The position numbers and the translations under genes were made by a program. Under the pieces are notes generated by a model that did no database searches, had not been told where the DNA came from, and worked only from the letters and a program-made list of their open reading frames with translations. DNA of 63,243 nt, filler included, from Reclinomonas americana ATCC 50394 (taxonomy: Eukaryota): assembly GCA_048213135.1 (NCBI GenBank). It is 7 parts of 4 records of this genome, joined end to end, with 100 filler letters (N's around TTAATTAATTAA, not from the genome) between each part and the next. Parts side by side here need not be neighbours in the genome. Positions count along the whole stretch, not along the records: positions 37,970 to 43,782 come from PS015619.1; positions 43,883 to 52,916 come from PS015619.1; positions 53,017 to 62,006 come from PS015620.1; 4 more parts are not named here. One strand, given 5' to 3'. Below, piece after piece: positions 40,177 through 53,089 of the stretch; the stretch's first letter is position 1, and every line of letters begins with the position of its first letter.

Positions 40177-41535
40177 TCATCGTCGACGCAGCGAGGCGGT
40201 GGAACGAGGCGTTCGAGCCGAGGATCGCGGCTGTCGGAACGAGAAGTCAGTCATTTCACACTTTGCGGTTTCCCTGCTGGTTTTTTGCATAAACGCAACT
40301 GACGATGAGTTGGAGCCGGGTGGCGGAATGGGTGAGCCTCCGCGACGAGGAATGGGTGGCGGTGGCGGTGGAACAGGCGAGCCGCTGCCGCTCACGTCGT
40401 CGCCTTCGCGGTCGTCAACAGAGCGCGCACTGGAGGGCATGAAGGGCTCCTGGAGCAGTGGACTCGGTGCCTGCGTAAAAGCAAGGGTACAGTGTGAGCT
40501 ACAACATGAAGGGCGCGACCGATGAATGCATCTCCCACGCACCCGAGGCGAGGGGGTGTTCCACCGACGAACACCAGGCGCTGCTGCTGCTGCTGCTGCT
40601 GTGGTCACTTCGGCAATGTCCTCCAGCGGCGGCATGTCGCCCGGCTCCGCGACGGCGTCCGCTCCTACCTCTTGAGGCGATTGCGGAACCTCGGGTGCCA
40701 TGTCACTCGCCATCGACGCGGCAGTGAGGGCGGCGGCGGCTGCCTCACGCCGCACACGCAGAGGCGATTGCACCGCACGCGCTCCCTGCGCCAGCGCCTC
40801 GAAGAATTCACGCTTGTCGGCGAACGTCATGCGACCAGGCGACACTTCGCTGTCATCGTTGGCGCTCGAGCCGACTGCGGCCGCAGCGGCCGAAGAAGCA
40901 GCACCGGCCACGGCACTGGACGTCACCGTACTGAGGTCAAGCTGGGTCGCGGAGGGCGACTTGAACGCCCCCCCACTCTTGACGTCTTGGTCCTCAGACA
41001 CCACTGGAGCCTCGACTTCCAGCAGTTTCACGTCACTCTCCGAAATCACCACCAACGGTGGTGGTGGTGGTGGTGGTGTAGGAGGCGACGCCGGCGGCAC
41101 TGACTGTGCTGGCGAGGCCACCGACGAGTCGGCGCCATGCTGTGCATCCATGTCGCTGGCCACGTGTCGTGGTGAAGGCGGTGGAGAGAGGGAGCGTGGC
41201 GCGGGACGTCCGCGCTTGGAACGGCGTGTCGCCGCTCGCCGCGGTGCCACCAGCACTGGCGGCTCGGTGGAAACCGAGAGCACCGGCACAGCCACTGCAG
41301 GTTGTGCGTTGGGTTCAGGGACAGTGGTGGCGGCGGCGGCGGCGGCAGGAGAAGCAGCAGCAGGAGCGGCGGCGCTGAGAGCTGCAGCATAGACTTGGGC
41401 GTGCGCCTGAGCGGGTGACATCGAGTGCGCCGTGGGACTCACGCGCTCCATCTGGCGAGCCAGCGGACGCAAAACTGTGTGGCACACGAAGCAGTGGTTG
41501 GAAGCAAGCTCGAATTGTCGCTTTTGACTCTCTCC

Positions 41536-41573
<38 letters not shown>

Positions 41574-43782
41574 CAGCAGTTCGGCGACCGGCGTTTCGAT
41601 GCAGCCGCTCATACACATTCGCCGTGGACTCCTCCGGCGCCCCTTGCTGATGATGTGAGTGATTGTCCTCGGTGCTTTGCGACGTCAGCAGGTCGATGTT
41701 GGTAATGTCTTCGTTCGCCGCATCCCCCGCAGTGAGCATGTACATGGCGTCTACAGGCACAGCTGGTGGCTGTGGGCTGTAGAACTCGACCGGCTGCACC
41801 CCCTCGCCTCGATCCTCCTGAACACACGCGTGAGCAACAGCAAATCTATCAAGCGAGTGGCACGTACAAACACACACCATCGAGTCATTTCCGAGGCCAC
41901 CGGCGCCACCGCCCATTGTTTCCGAGTGCGATTCGTCAGCCGACGTGGGCGACAACGGCATGGAGCCGTCATCCGCAGCGGCCGTACCCGACGGTTGTGG
42001 CGTTGACAAGGTGCGTTCCGCCAACTGCATGCGCGGGACGACACAAACATGAGCACCCGATGCACCCAGGAAGAAAAAGCAAATCAATTCTGACATCGTA
42101 CCAGACGAAGTTCGTGCATGGCCGTCTGCAAGAGTCAGTCACAAAAGCATGTGGTCAGCCAGCGAACAAACAAACAAACAGAAATGTGAATGGCACACAA
42201 CACCAACCAGTGACTCGGGAACTGGGGGCGGTGGCAGCAAGCGGGCCTCGCCCTGCTCGCGCTGTCGCTTTTGCGACACTCGGCGTCGGTACCGACCGAC
42301 CGAGAGCCACCACACCAGCAACACCACCAGCACGATAAAGATAATGCCGGCGAACGGAATCACCAGGTACCACAACCACCACCGCGAGTCGGAGCGCACA
42401 ACCACCGACGTGTCGTTGACTGAGGTCGACGTGCTTCGAATCACTGCATACGTGGCATCCGCGCACACGTACGCAGTCAGCAAGCTGCTTGTGCGATCGT
42501 ACTGCTGCGCGGCCGTGGTCGGTGGGCAGCCAGTCTCCGACAACACGTAGGTTTGAGTGCTCGTATCGTAGCGATACAAGCGCGGGTCCGCCTCATCCGC
42601 GGTCGACGACACAGTGAGCGTGGAGACGGCTGAGGCTGACCACGTTGTGGCGGTGCGTGTTGTGGAGGAGGCAGACGACGACTCGGAGCGCGAGGGGTTC
42701 GAAGTGGTCGTGGTGGAGTTTGACGACGACGACGAAGACGAAGAAGAGGTGCTGCTCAGTGTAAAACCGGCGAGCACGGTGCCTGAGCGTGGGGACGGTG
42801 GCGATTGCAGTCCGTTGAGAGAAACCGAGGTCGATCCAGAGGTACTGTCGGTGACACCATCATAGTGAGCGCACAAGGAAACATCAGAGACCGACTTGCA
42901 ACAACTCGGTGAGCGACAAACCCAAACGTAGTGGCCGGGAACATGATGGATACGGACGAAGTGTTGCTGCTGGATGCTGTGGAGCCGCTGATCGACGGCA
43001 GTGGCACAGACGGCAGCGTCACCGATGAACCACCTGTGTACACATGGCGAGATTGAATATTCAGCCACAAACACACATGTCTTCACGATGTGCGTGACAA
43101 GCACACTCACCGAGGCCGTCGGTACGCGACGGATCCTCCACGTTGACAAGAGCGCTGGAGGATGAGGAGGATGTCGAATTTGATGAAGAAGAGGACAAAT
43201 AGGCGGCCAGTGTGATGCGCAGTGGAGCCAGAGGCACAGTCAGTGACGTGCTCTCAGTGCTGGTGAGTGTCGACGTCGGCGACAGTGCGCGCACTGTGCA
43301 CGACACGGAGGCCAAGGTGGACGGGAACGGCTGCAGCAGGTCTCGTGTGGGCACGGCATACACCACTGCAGCGGAGCCAGTGCGCGCTTCGAAAACTCCA
43401 CTCGACGCCACACTGTGAAGCGCACAGAGTTGGCGAAACAAGCGCTGCCAGTGGAATGTCGACAGCGAACTCACCTTGGCGTGCACCGCAGCGTGTACTC
43501 GGAAATGGCAACGTTGTTGCTGACGACCTGTTGCCACACAAAGCGCACCGTGCCGACGAGGTCGAGGAGGGTGAGGCTTGTCGGAGTCGCCGGCGTCGCT
43601 GCAACAAGACGGTGTGAGCGCACGCAAGTCGATAACCCCCACATGAGGACGGAAATCGGTCACGCACCCAGTGGGCCGACAGTGGTGCTCACTTGCACCA
43701 AGTCGCTGCTGGCGCTCTCGCCGACCGAGTTGGCTGCACGGACACGTGCTTCGTACGCCACGCCTGCAGATTTTTTTACAAC
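40177..43782 (-). CDS. Single-pass membrane protein: FN3-like domains, Ser/Thr stalk, TM helix, long S/P/A-rich cytoplasmic tail; probably the C-terminus of the cadherin-repeat gene
   Basis: YEARVRAANSVGES (FN3), TM WWLWYLVIPFAGIIFIVLVVLLVWWL followed by RYRRR. In-frame splicing PESL|TAMHELRL|LAERT links it to the 40177-42030 tail. Confidence 0.7.
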
Positions 43783-43941
43783 NNNNNNNNNNNNNNNNNN
43801 NNNNNNNNNNNNNNNNNNNNNNNNNNTTAATTAATTAANNNNNNNNNNNNNNNNNNNNNNNNNNNNNNNNNNNNNNNNNNNNAGTTCTTGTTGTTGTTGC
43901 TCTGCGTGCTCACCCTACGTGTGTGTTCTTGCATTCATGCA

Positions 43942-45051
43942 GTCTCCTTCAACTTGTGGCCGACGAGCATTTGCGCCGACGCGCTCATTTATCCGGCGCA
44001 GGCTGCACCCAACACGCTCCTGGCCGCCCTCCGTGGCTCCGACCCTGAGAATGACACTCTCACCTTTACGCTGACCAACACGGCCAATAGCGGTGAGTTC
44101 ACCATTGTTAACAATGCGCTGCGAGTTGGCGCGCTGCAGCCCGGCAGAACCAAAACTGTGGAGATTCAGGCCGACGACGGCCACGGCAACACATTCCTGC
44201 AGACATTCACTCTGAACGAAGGTACGACGCGCCAGTGTGCGACGAAACGTGGCATCATTGTTCCAATTGTCATTCTTTGTGCGCAGATGCCATTGCACCG
44301 CAAGCAATGGCACTATCGAATGCGGTGGTAGTGTCGCCAGCAGCCGCACATCGAGTGATCGGCAACTTGAGCTTCACCGACAAGACCTCGTTCGAAAACG
44401 GCACCTTTACTCTGGTGGCAGGCGTCGGCGACCGCGACAATGCTTTGTTTGAGCTTGTCGGCCAGAGCAACTCTGTGTTGCGCGTTGCCGCCGCCGGCAT
44501 TGTGATCGACTCGCGGACTCCGCTGCTGATTCGCGTCCGTTTCACCGACTCGCAGGCGCTGACACTCGAGCAAGTGTTTGTGCTCACCGTCAACCACGCG
44601 CCGACGGGCATTGTGCCGAGCCAGCTCACATTCCCGCCTGGCACTACCGCCACCACGCCACTGGCCACTCTCGATGTGGTGGATCAGGACATGCCGAACA
44701 ACGATACTGTCGTGTACACGCTTACCACAGTCGACGAAATGGTCGTCAACAACAACGATGCGTTTGTGATTGACGGAGTCACGCTGCGCGCCCAGATCGA
44801 CTTGGTGAACCCGTCGTACGCGTTTGAGATCACCGTCACCGACGCGGCTGGCAACCAATGGACTCAGCGGTTCACCATGCTGCAACGTTTCGTCGACTCC
44901 TGCTTTGTCGCGCTGTATTATCTCAGACAGTTGCTCACACAATTGCTTGTCGCAGGCATCACCACTGAACCGGTCATGCTTTTCATGGCGCCAAGTGTGC
45001 TCCGCGCCAGACTGGCGCCTGCGACGCTGCCATCTTACACGCTTACCGTGG
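43942..45051 (+). CDS. Cadherin-like repeats (3 full, 1 partial) on the + strand; likely a mis-oriented internal piece of the minus-strand gene
   Basis: GSDPENDTLTFTL, LVAGVGDRDNALF, NHAPT, VTDAAG. Begins at a splice acceptor with no start. Confidence 0.75.
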
Positions 45052-45869
45052 NNNNNNNNNNNNNNNNNNNNNNNNNNNNNNNNNNNNNNNNNNNNNNNNN
45101 NNNNNNNNNNNNNNNNNNNNNNNNNNNNNNNNNNNNNNNNNNNNNNNNNNNNNNNNNNNNNNNNNNNNNNNNNNNNNNNNNNNNNNNNNNNNNNNNNNNN
45201 NNNNNNNNNNNNNNNNNNNNNNNNNNNNNNNNNNNNNNNNNNNNNNNNNNNNNNNNNNNNNNNNNNNNNNNNNNNNNNNNNNNNNNNNNNNNNNNNNNNN
45301 NNNNNNNNNNNNNNNNNNNNNNNNNNNNNNNNNNNNNNNNNNNNNNNNNNNNNNNNNNNNNNNNNNNNNNNNNNNNNNNNNNNNNNNNNNNNNNNNNNNN
45401 NNNNNNNNNNNNNNNNNNNNNNNNNNNNNNNNNNNNNNNNNNNNNNNNNNNNNNNNNNNNNNNNNNNNNNNNNNNNNNNNNNNNNNNNNNNNNNNNNNNN
45501 NNNNNNNNNNNNNNNNNNNNNNNNNNNNNNNNNNNNNNNNNNNNNNNNNNNNNNNNNNNNNNNNNNNNNNNNNNNNNNNNNNNNNNNNNNNNNNNNNNNN
45601 NNNNNNNNNNNNNNNNNNNNNNNNNNNNNNNNNNNNNNNNNNNNNNNNNNNNNNNNNNNNNNNNNNNNNNNNNNNNNNNNNNNNNNNNNNNNNNNNNNNN
45701 NNNNNNNNNNNNNNNNNNNNNNNNNNNNNNNNNNNNNNNNNNNNNNNNNNNNNNNNNNNNNNNNNNNNNNNNNNNNNNNNNNNNNNNNNNNNNNNNNNNN
45801 NNNNNNNNNNNNNNNNNNNNNNNNNNNNNNNNNNNNNNNNNNNNNNNNNNNNNNNNNNNNNNNNNNNNA

Positions 45870-48800
45870 AAGCGTGCCATCCGATGCACGCAAGCACACG
45901 TGGAGTACACGATCCTGCGGCTTGGTGATGGTCAGCTCGCCCACGAACAGTTGGTTGTTGGTCACAGTGAACAAGTTGTTGTTGGTGTCCACATTGCAGC
46001 TGGCCAACGAGTAGGTGATCGCAAAGCCGTTGGGGTCCTGCGCAGAGATCGTGCCGATCAACGTGCCAGGGGCGGCAGGGAGTGGCAGTGGCATCGTTTG
46101 CAGCGCCATGGTTGGCAGCGTTGGCGGCAGGTTGACTATACAGCACGCGAAGACATGAGCACCAAGTGTACCTATCAACAAACTCGCAACCAACGCAACT
46201 TTCTGTGAGAGTCACTGGAGCGGTCGTTGAAACGGTGCCGTCGTTGACCACAAGAGTGAGCGACTTGGTGCCGGCCAGTGACAGGGTGACGCCAGTCTTC
46301 ACAAAGAGCTGATTGAGGTTGCGTACTTCGAACTCCGCAGCTGCAGCGCCAGCGACCGAGTACGCCAGCGTGTTGCCATCCACGTCCATGCTCGAAATGG
46401 TGCCGACAAACGTGAGCGCCGGTGCGCTTGGGAGGTAGGTCAGTGGACCAGACAAGACCGGTGTACGCGGTGCGCTGTTGACTGGCACCACAAATGTTTG
46501 CACCTCCGTGAGGCCGCCGGCGTCTGTGACGCGAAGCCGCACAATAATCTGTCGTGCAGCCGCCTCGCCAGCAATGCCGCCCATGACAACCACCAGCGAC
46601 GAGCCGTCCACGGCAAAGAAGGCATCTCCGGACCCCGGCATGATGGAGTACGATTTCGTGTCGTTCGCATTGTCGTCGACTGAGGACATGTTACCGACGA
46701 CAGTGCCAGGTGCGGCGGGTAGCGCCAACACCGGAGTCGCCAGCGTCAACTGTAGCGCCAGGCCATACGGAGCCTCATTGGCTGCAACAAGAAGATGGAA
46801 AGCGTCAATACGTCTGCAGTCGGCGTAATGGTTAACATATAAACAGCAAAAAGCGAGACGCAACATTGGTTAATGTTAACATCCTGCGTGAATGACAGGC
46901 CGCCAGCGTCGGTGACCGTGATACGCACCGTCAGCGGGCCAGTGAGATTGGGGTCGGCCACAACGAGTCGATCGCCGGGTGCGCCGAGCACGAATCCAGC
47001 ATTGTTTGCCGCTTCGGCAACCAGCGCATACGAGAACTTGTCTGTCAGCGAAGGGTCGGTGGCAGTGAGCACGCCGACCACAGTTCCCGCGGCCGATAGT
47101 GGTCGGTAGAACGATGGCGACAGCGCGATGCCGGTGGGCGCGGCGTTCACTGCACGGTTGCAAACACGTGGAGGTGAGTCACTGTGGTCACGTCAAAAGA
47201 GAGCAGAAAATGACTTGTGCGCTTCACCTGGAATGATGAAGCGCTGCTGCAACGTGGCTCCATTGGCGTCGGCGACTTGAAGCCGCACTGACAGATTCGG
47301 CGCCAGCGGCGGCGCAAGACCGGCTGCACTAACGACAAGCGTGTTGCCGACGACTTGCACCAGACCATTGTCGGTGTCGCCGACGCCGGCAACCAGCGAG
47401 AACGACTGCGTCTCAGGCACGTTGACTGGCGAAGCCAGTGTGTTCGGATCGGTGGCCGCCAGTGTTCCGATCGGCAATCCAGCAGCCTTGGGGATGGTGG
47501 TAATGGGTGACAGCAGCGTCAGCGTCAGTGACGATGGCGGCATGTTGGCTGTTGTGGTGTTGCACAATGAAAAAAATGTGCATCGTGAGCAACTGTGGTG
47601 ACACATGATGTTCGGTGAATGAAAAAGGGACTGCACCTTCGGTAATCGTCAGCGTCTGCACAAACACTGAACCAGCGCGGTCCACAACTTGCACAAAGAC
47701 AATGCGCTCTCCTGTCATGGACGCCTGCGTGACGACCAAGCTCGTCACCGTACCCACCGTCTGCAGCGTAAACATCGCATTCTGGCCCATGCCATTCGGA
47801 AGCGTCAGAGTCCAAGAGTCGTTGAGGTCGACGTCGGCCACCGTGAGGTAACCGACAACAAAGCCAACGTTGACACGCGGGGGGTACAGGTTGGACGAAA
47901 TGGAGACACCAGTGGGAGACGTGTTGACTGCGCATGTGTGTGTGCGTGAGTCGCAGCAGTCACAGATACTCTAGATCTCGGTGATTTTTCTCGTGCTCAC
48001 CTGGAATGCTGAAGCCGTCTTCCACAAACGCACCGGCTTGGTCAGTGGCACGGATGCGCACACGCAGCGGGGAGTACCACGCGCCGGTGATGCCGGTCAT
48101 TCCGTTGCCGACGCGAAGCTCGTTGCCGACAATCACGAAGAGGCCGTTGTTGTCGCTGCTGGCGCCCGAGCGCAGACTGAATGTGATGGATTCCGAGGCG
48201 TTGGCATCGGCAGCACTCAGAATGCCCACAACTACATTGGGCACGGCAGGAAGCGCAAGTGGGGCAGAGGTGCCGCGATTCAGGGCGACGCTTGACGGGG
48301 CCACATTGGCTGCCGACGAGAGGTGTGAGTGCGAGTGGCGGCGACACGGTGGTGCATCATGTCAACGCATACCTTGATTCAACGTCAGCACCGTGCGTGT
48401 GACGTTGCCGGAACCGTCGGTGGCCGACAGCTCCAGAGTCTTGGAGGTAGCTGGCGCCAGTTGCAGAACATTTCCGGAAACAATGAGCACGTTGCCAGCC
48501 GCCACAGTAAACTCCACGGCACTGGGGCCTCCGCTCACTGCCAGCGTGATGGGGACACCGTCATCGTCAACGTCGGAAGTTGTGAGGATACCAATCACAG
48601 TGCCAGGCGTGGCATTCGGTGGATATGTGCCGGCAGAGAGCGCGATGGGTCTCGGAGGGCTCGACACTGGTGGTCGTCGGTGAGGATTCTGTCGTCACAC
48701 ACAAACAAAACAAGAACTGTCCACTTACCAGGAATAGTAAACGACTGTTGCGATGCGAGAGCTCCATCGCTGACGGTGATGGTGACGGTGGCGTAGGTGT

Positions 48801-51800
48801 GGAGCGCCTCGGCAGCAAGGCCCATGCCACCCACACGTACTTCATTGCCATTGACAATGGACAAGAAGGGCGCGCCGGTGCCGGCCGTGATGGTGTAGGT
48901 CAACGTGGAGGCGGCGTTGGCGTCGGTAGCAGACAGTGTGCCAACCACTATCACACAGTGCACGCGTGAGTGACGACGACGCGTTGAGCAGGAGAAAGAC
49001 GGGGGACGAAACAATGGTTGACAGCCGCAGGCAGAAGCAGCACGGGCGCGGAGAGTGTGAGCGACGGGTCAGACGGTGCGACATTTGCTGCAAGAGAGCA
49101 CAACAAATGAGGCATACGCACGACACTGACACTCGCGAACGCACGCACCTTCCACCACTGTGAGTGAGAACTGAGTCAGTGTGGCACCTCGCGAGTCGAC
49201 CACGTTGACTTGTACAGTTTGAGATCCAGCAATGGAGACATTGTTAATCTCGAGGCGTGCCGGAGCAGTGATGCGGAAATTGTTGTTGCTCGCAACACCG
49301 GCAGGCAGCGTAAAAGTCCACGCATCCACAATGTCGGCGTCCACTGCCGTCAGCGTGCCAACCAAGGTACCCACGGCTGCTCCTGGAACATACTTGTTTG
49401 ACGAGAGCGTCACAGCCGTGGGAAGTGCGTTGACTGATCGGAAACACACAGATGCACGAGGTCAGTTGATGGAAATGACAGTGGCGGTCACCNNNNNNNN
49501 NNNNNNNNNNNNCCGAACGGCGTCGCCGCCATACCAATCGTCAGTGAGTTACCCATCACCGCAAAGGCGTTGCTGACTGACTGCGCCACGATCGAGAACA
49601 CGTGTCCCTGTGCCGTGTCGTCCACTGCCGACAGAGTGGCCACAACACTGCCGGCCCCAGCTGTCGGCGAGTACTGTGTCGTCGACAGCGCCACTTGTGA
49701 CGGCGCATTGTCGACTGCGGGGGAGCACGAAGCAAGCAAGACATGAGCACAGACACCGACAAAGGCACAGCAAATGCCAAGAATCAACGCACTTGCAATA
49801 GTCAACACCGCCTGCAGTGTCAAGTTGGCCGAGTCGCGCACTTGCACCCGCACGCTCAGTGGCGTAGCGAGACCAGTTGGCACACCGACAGCGCCGACTT
49901 GCAGCTGATTACCGCTGATCACAAACAGACTGTTGTGTGTCGCACCCACGCCGTTCACCAGCGTGAATGTCGCCGTGTCGCCCGCGTTGGCGTCGGTGGC
50001 GGCGAGCACTCCAACAGTTACGCCGGGCGCCAGCCCACCAGTGGGAATCAGAATTGGTGTGGCTTGCGGCGTCAGAGTCACCAGAGTGGGTGCCACAGGA
50101 ACTGTGTGCGTAGTCACACAAGAGTGAGCAATCACGAGTGGATCGGTATGCAGATGTAGATACAGAGAGTGAAGCTACAAACCCTCCGACAACGAGAACT
50201 GCTGTTGCAGATTGTTGTTGGCCGAATCGACCACATTGACCACCACTTGCACCGTGCCAGAGATCGGTGCGCTCAGCACCAAGTTGCGACCGGCAATCGA
50301 GAAACTGCCGTTTGCCTGCGGAGATATCGGTCAAAGAAATGTTTGCACAACGAACTCATCTCATTTCTCGCAGACAGCGACTCACCATTTGACCCGCTGG
50401 CAGACTGAATGTGGCCGTGTCCAACGGATCGGGATCGGTCACCGTCAGGTACCCGATCACGGTTCCCGCGACCGATGCCGGCACATACGTAGCTGTCGAC
50501 AACGTCAATGCCGTGGGTGCACCGTTGACTGCAGAGAGAATACAAGAGGAATCAGTCACTTTGCACGTGCATTGCATGCGATAAATACAAGAGTGTTCAC
50601 GCATGCGTACCAGGAATCACAAACGCCTCCTCCACCGAAAGTCCGGACGAGTCCGTGGCGCGGATGCGCACACGCAGCGGATTCGACTGCGGCGCTGTGA
50701 TCGTGACAGTGGCCGAGGTGCGCAGCTGNNNNNNNNNNNNNNNNNNNNTGCACCAACAATGGCGAACAGACCGTTGTTGGTGCTGCCGTTGCCGGCCACC
50801 AGCGCGTAGCTGGCAATGGTGCCACCAGAGCCGGCCGAATTCGGATCAATGGCCAACAGGTTGGCCACAGGAGTGCCCGTCGACGCCGGCAGTGAGAGCA
50901 CCGGCGACACCAGTGTGGCAGTCAACAGTGTCGGTGGCAGAGCAACTGCGAAAAAAAAAGCGAATCAGCGACTGCTTCTTTCATCACCAGCTACCAAACA
51001 GGTGCGCAACTCTCCGTCAACGTGAACGTATTGTCGATAAAGAGGGTCGGTCGAGTGGCATCCGTCGCACGCACAGTGACGGTGACGGAACCGAACGGCG
51101 TCGCCGCCATACCAATCGTCAGTGAGTTACCCATCACCGCAAAGGCGTTGCTGACTGACTGCGCCACGATCGAGAACACGTGTCCCTGTGCCGTGTCGTC
51201 CACTGCCGACAGAGTGGCCACAACACTGCCGGCCCCAGCTGTCGGCGAGTACTGTGTTGTCGACAGCGCCACTTGTGACGGCGCATTGTCGACTGCGGAA
51301 CGCATGGAGCATAGCGTGAGCATGTGCGTTGAGTCAACAACGCGCACATACGCCACACATACTCAACTGGCGAGAGTGAGCACGGTCTCGAAGCTCAAGT
51401 TGGTGGAATCACGAACTTGCACACGAACAGTAAGCGGAGTCGCCAGTCCAGTCGGCAGACCGCCGGCAGAGACCTGCAACTGATTGGCTGCGATCGAGAA
51501 TCGGCTGTTATGCGTGGCGCCGACACCGTTGACCAGACTGAATGTAAATGTCTCGGCTGAATTGGGATCGGCAGCCGTGAGCTGGCCAGCTACGGTGCCT
51601 GGTGCGAGTCCGCCAGTGGGAATGAGCAATGGTGCAGCTTGTGGCGTCAACGTAATGCCCGTTGGCGGCACGGCGGCTGTGTAATTTTGTTGACAGGTGG
51701 TGGTGAGCAAGGAGGAGGAAAACGAATGTTGCGTACACAACAACAACAACACACCTTCGACAATGATAAACGTCTGTTGCAGAGTGTTTCCGGCAAAGTC

Positions 51801-52916
51801 GACCACATTGACCAGGATCTGATTGTTGCCAGTGACGGCGGCCGCATTCAAGAGCAGGTTGCGTCCAGCGATGGAGAAACTTGCATTGCTCTGTCACCCC
51901 CAAGCCAAACGCAGTGAGCGCACACAGCAAAGCACACCAAGAAGACCGAGGGGTCTCAGAACAAACCAGTTGTCCGTTCGGCAGTGAAATCGTCGCGGTG
52001 TCGAGAATGTCGGGGTCAGCAATCGTAAAATAGCCGACAACGGTACCGACAGCCGACCCGGGAACATATATGTTGGAAGACAATGTGATGCCAGTTGGGG
52101 AGGCATTGACTGCAGGACGACAGTCAGTGGACTGGTGCATGAGTGAGAGAGATGTGCACACAAGTTGATGTCCTCACCGAGAATGGTGAACGACTGCTCC
52201 AAGAACAGATTGGTCTGATCCCGCACCCGCACTCGAACACTCTTGGGCGACGTCTGCGCCGAGGCGGATATGCCGGCAGCGGCGACCACCAGAGAATTTG
52301 GCGCCGAAATGCTAAACAAGCCATTGTCACTGTCGCCAACACCAGTCACCAACGTGTAAGTGAACGAATTGCCTGCGGCATTGGGGTCAGTTGCCGACAG
52401 TGTGCCAACTGGCGTTGCCGCCACCGCCGGCAAGTGCAACACCGCGTTCGTCAGAGTCAGCGTCAGCAACGTCGGTGCCACATCAACTGCACAACATATG
52501 AGCGCGTGAGGGTCGCCGACATGCACACCCAAACAGCCAGATACTCAACTCTCGGTCAGCACCACGGTCTGATCCACAAAGAGCGAGGGTCTGCCGCTGT
52601 CGCGTGCGCGAATGGTAATGGTAACCGTTCCGTGCGGTGGCACTGTCCCGATGACCAAGGTGGCGCCCGCAATGGCAAACGCATTCGCCGACGAAGAGCC
52701 AACAACGCTCACGGTGTACGAGGCTGGTGTTGTGTCGTCTTGTACAGTGTACGTTGCGACAACGGCTCCGGCAGCGGCAGTCGGGGAGTAACTGGTCGTG
52801 GATACCACGACAGCCGACGGCGCGTTGTCGACTGTGCGAAAAAAGTTCAGTACGTGTGCGCTGTCGAATGATAAGGAAAGTACAGTCACAGGTAGTTAGT
52901 TGTGCGCAACTTGGAA
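45870..52916 (-). CDS. Giant cadherin-like repeat protein (about 19 repeats in this segment); 5' truncated
   Basis: Repeated NxAP / GTxVGxLxAxDxN / FxLVxGxGxxxNxLFxIxxNxL / VRVxVxDxxG motifs, with phase-1 introns at repeat borders. Confidence 0.85.
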
Positions 52917-53089
52917 NNNNNNNNNNNNNNNNNNNNNNNNNNNNNNNNNNNNNNNNNNNNTTAATTAATTAANNNNNNNNNNNNNNNNNNNNNNNNNNNN
53001 NNNNNNNNNNNNNNNNCACTCTCTCTCTCTGTGTATTTCGACGGTTTGATCACACTCAATCATCATCATTCTTCTCTTCACACACACAG

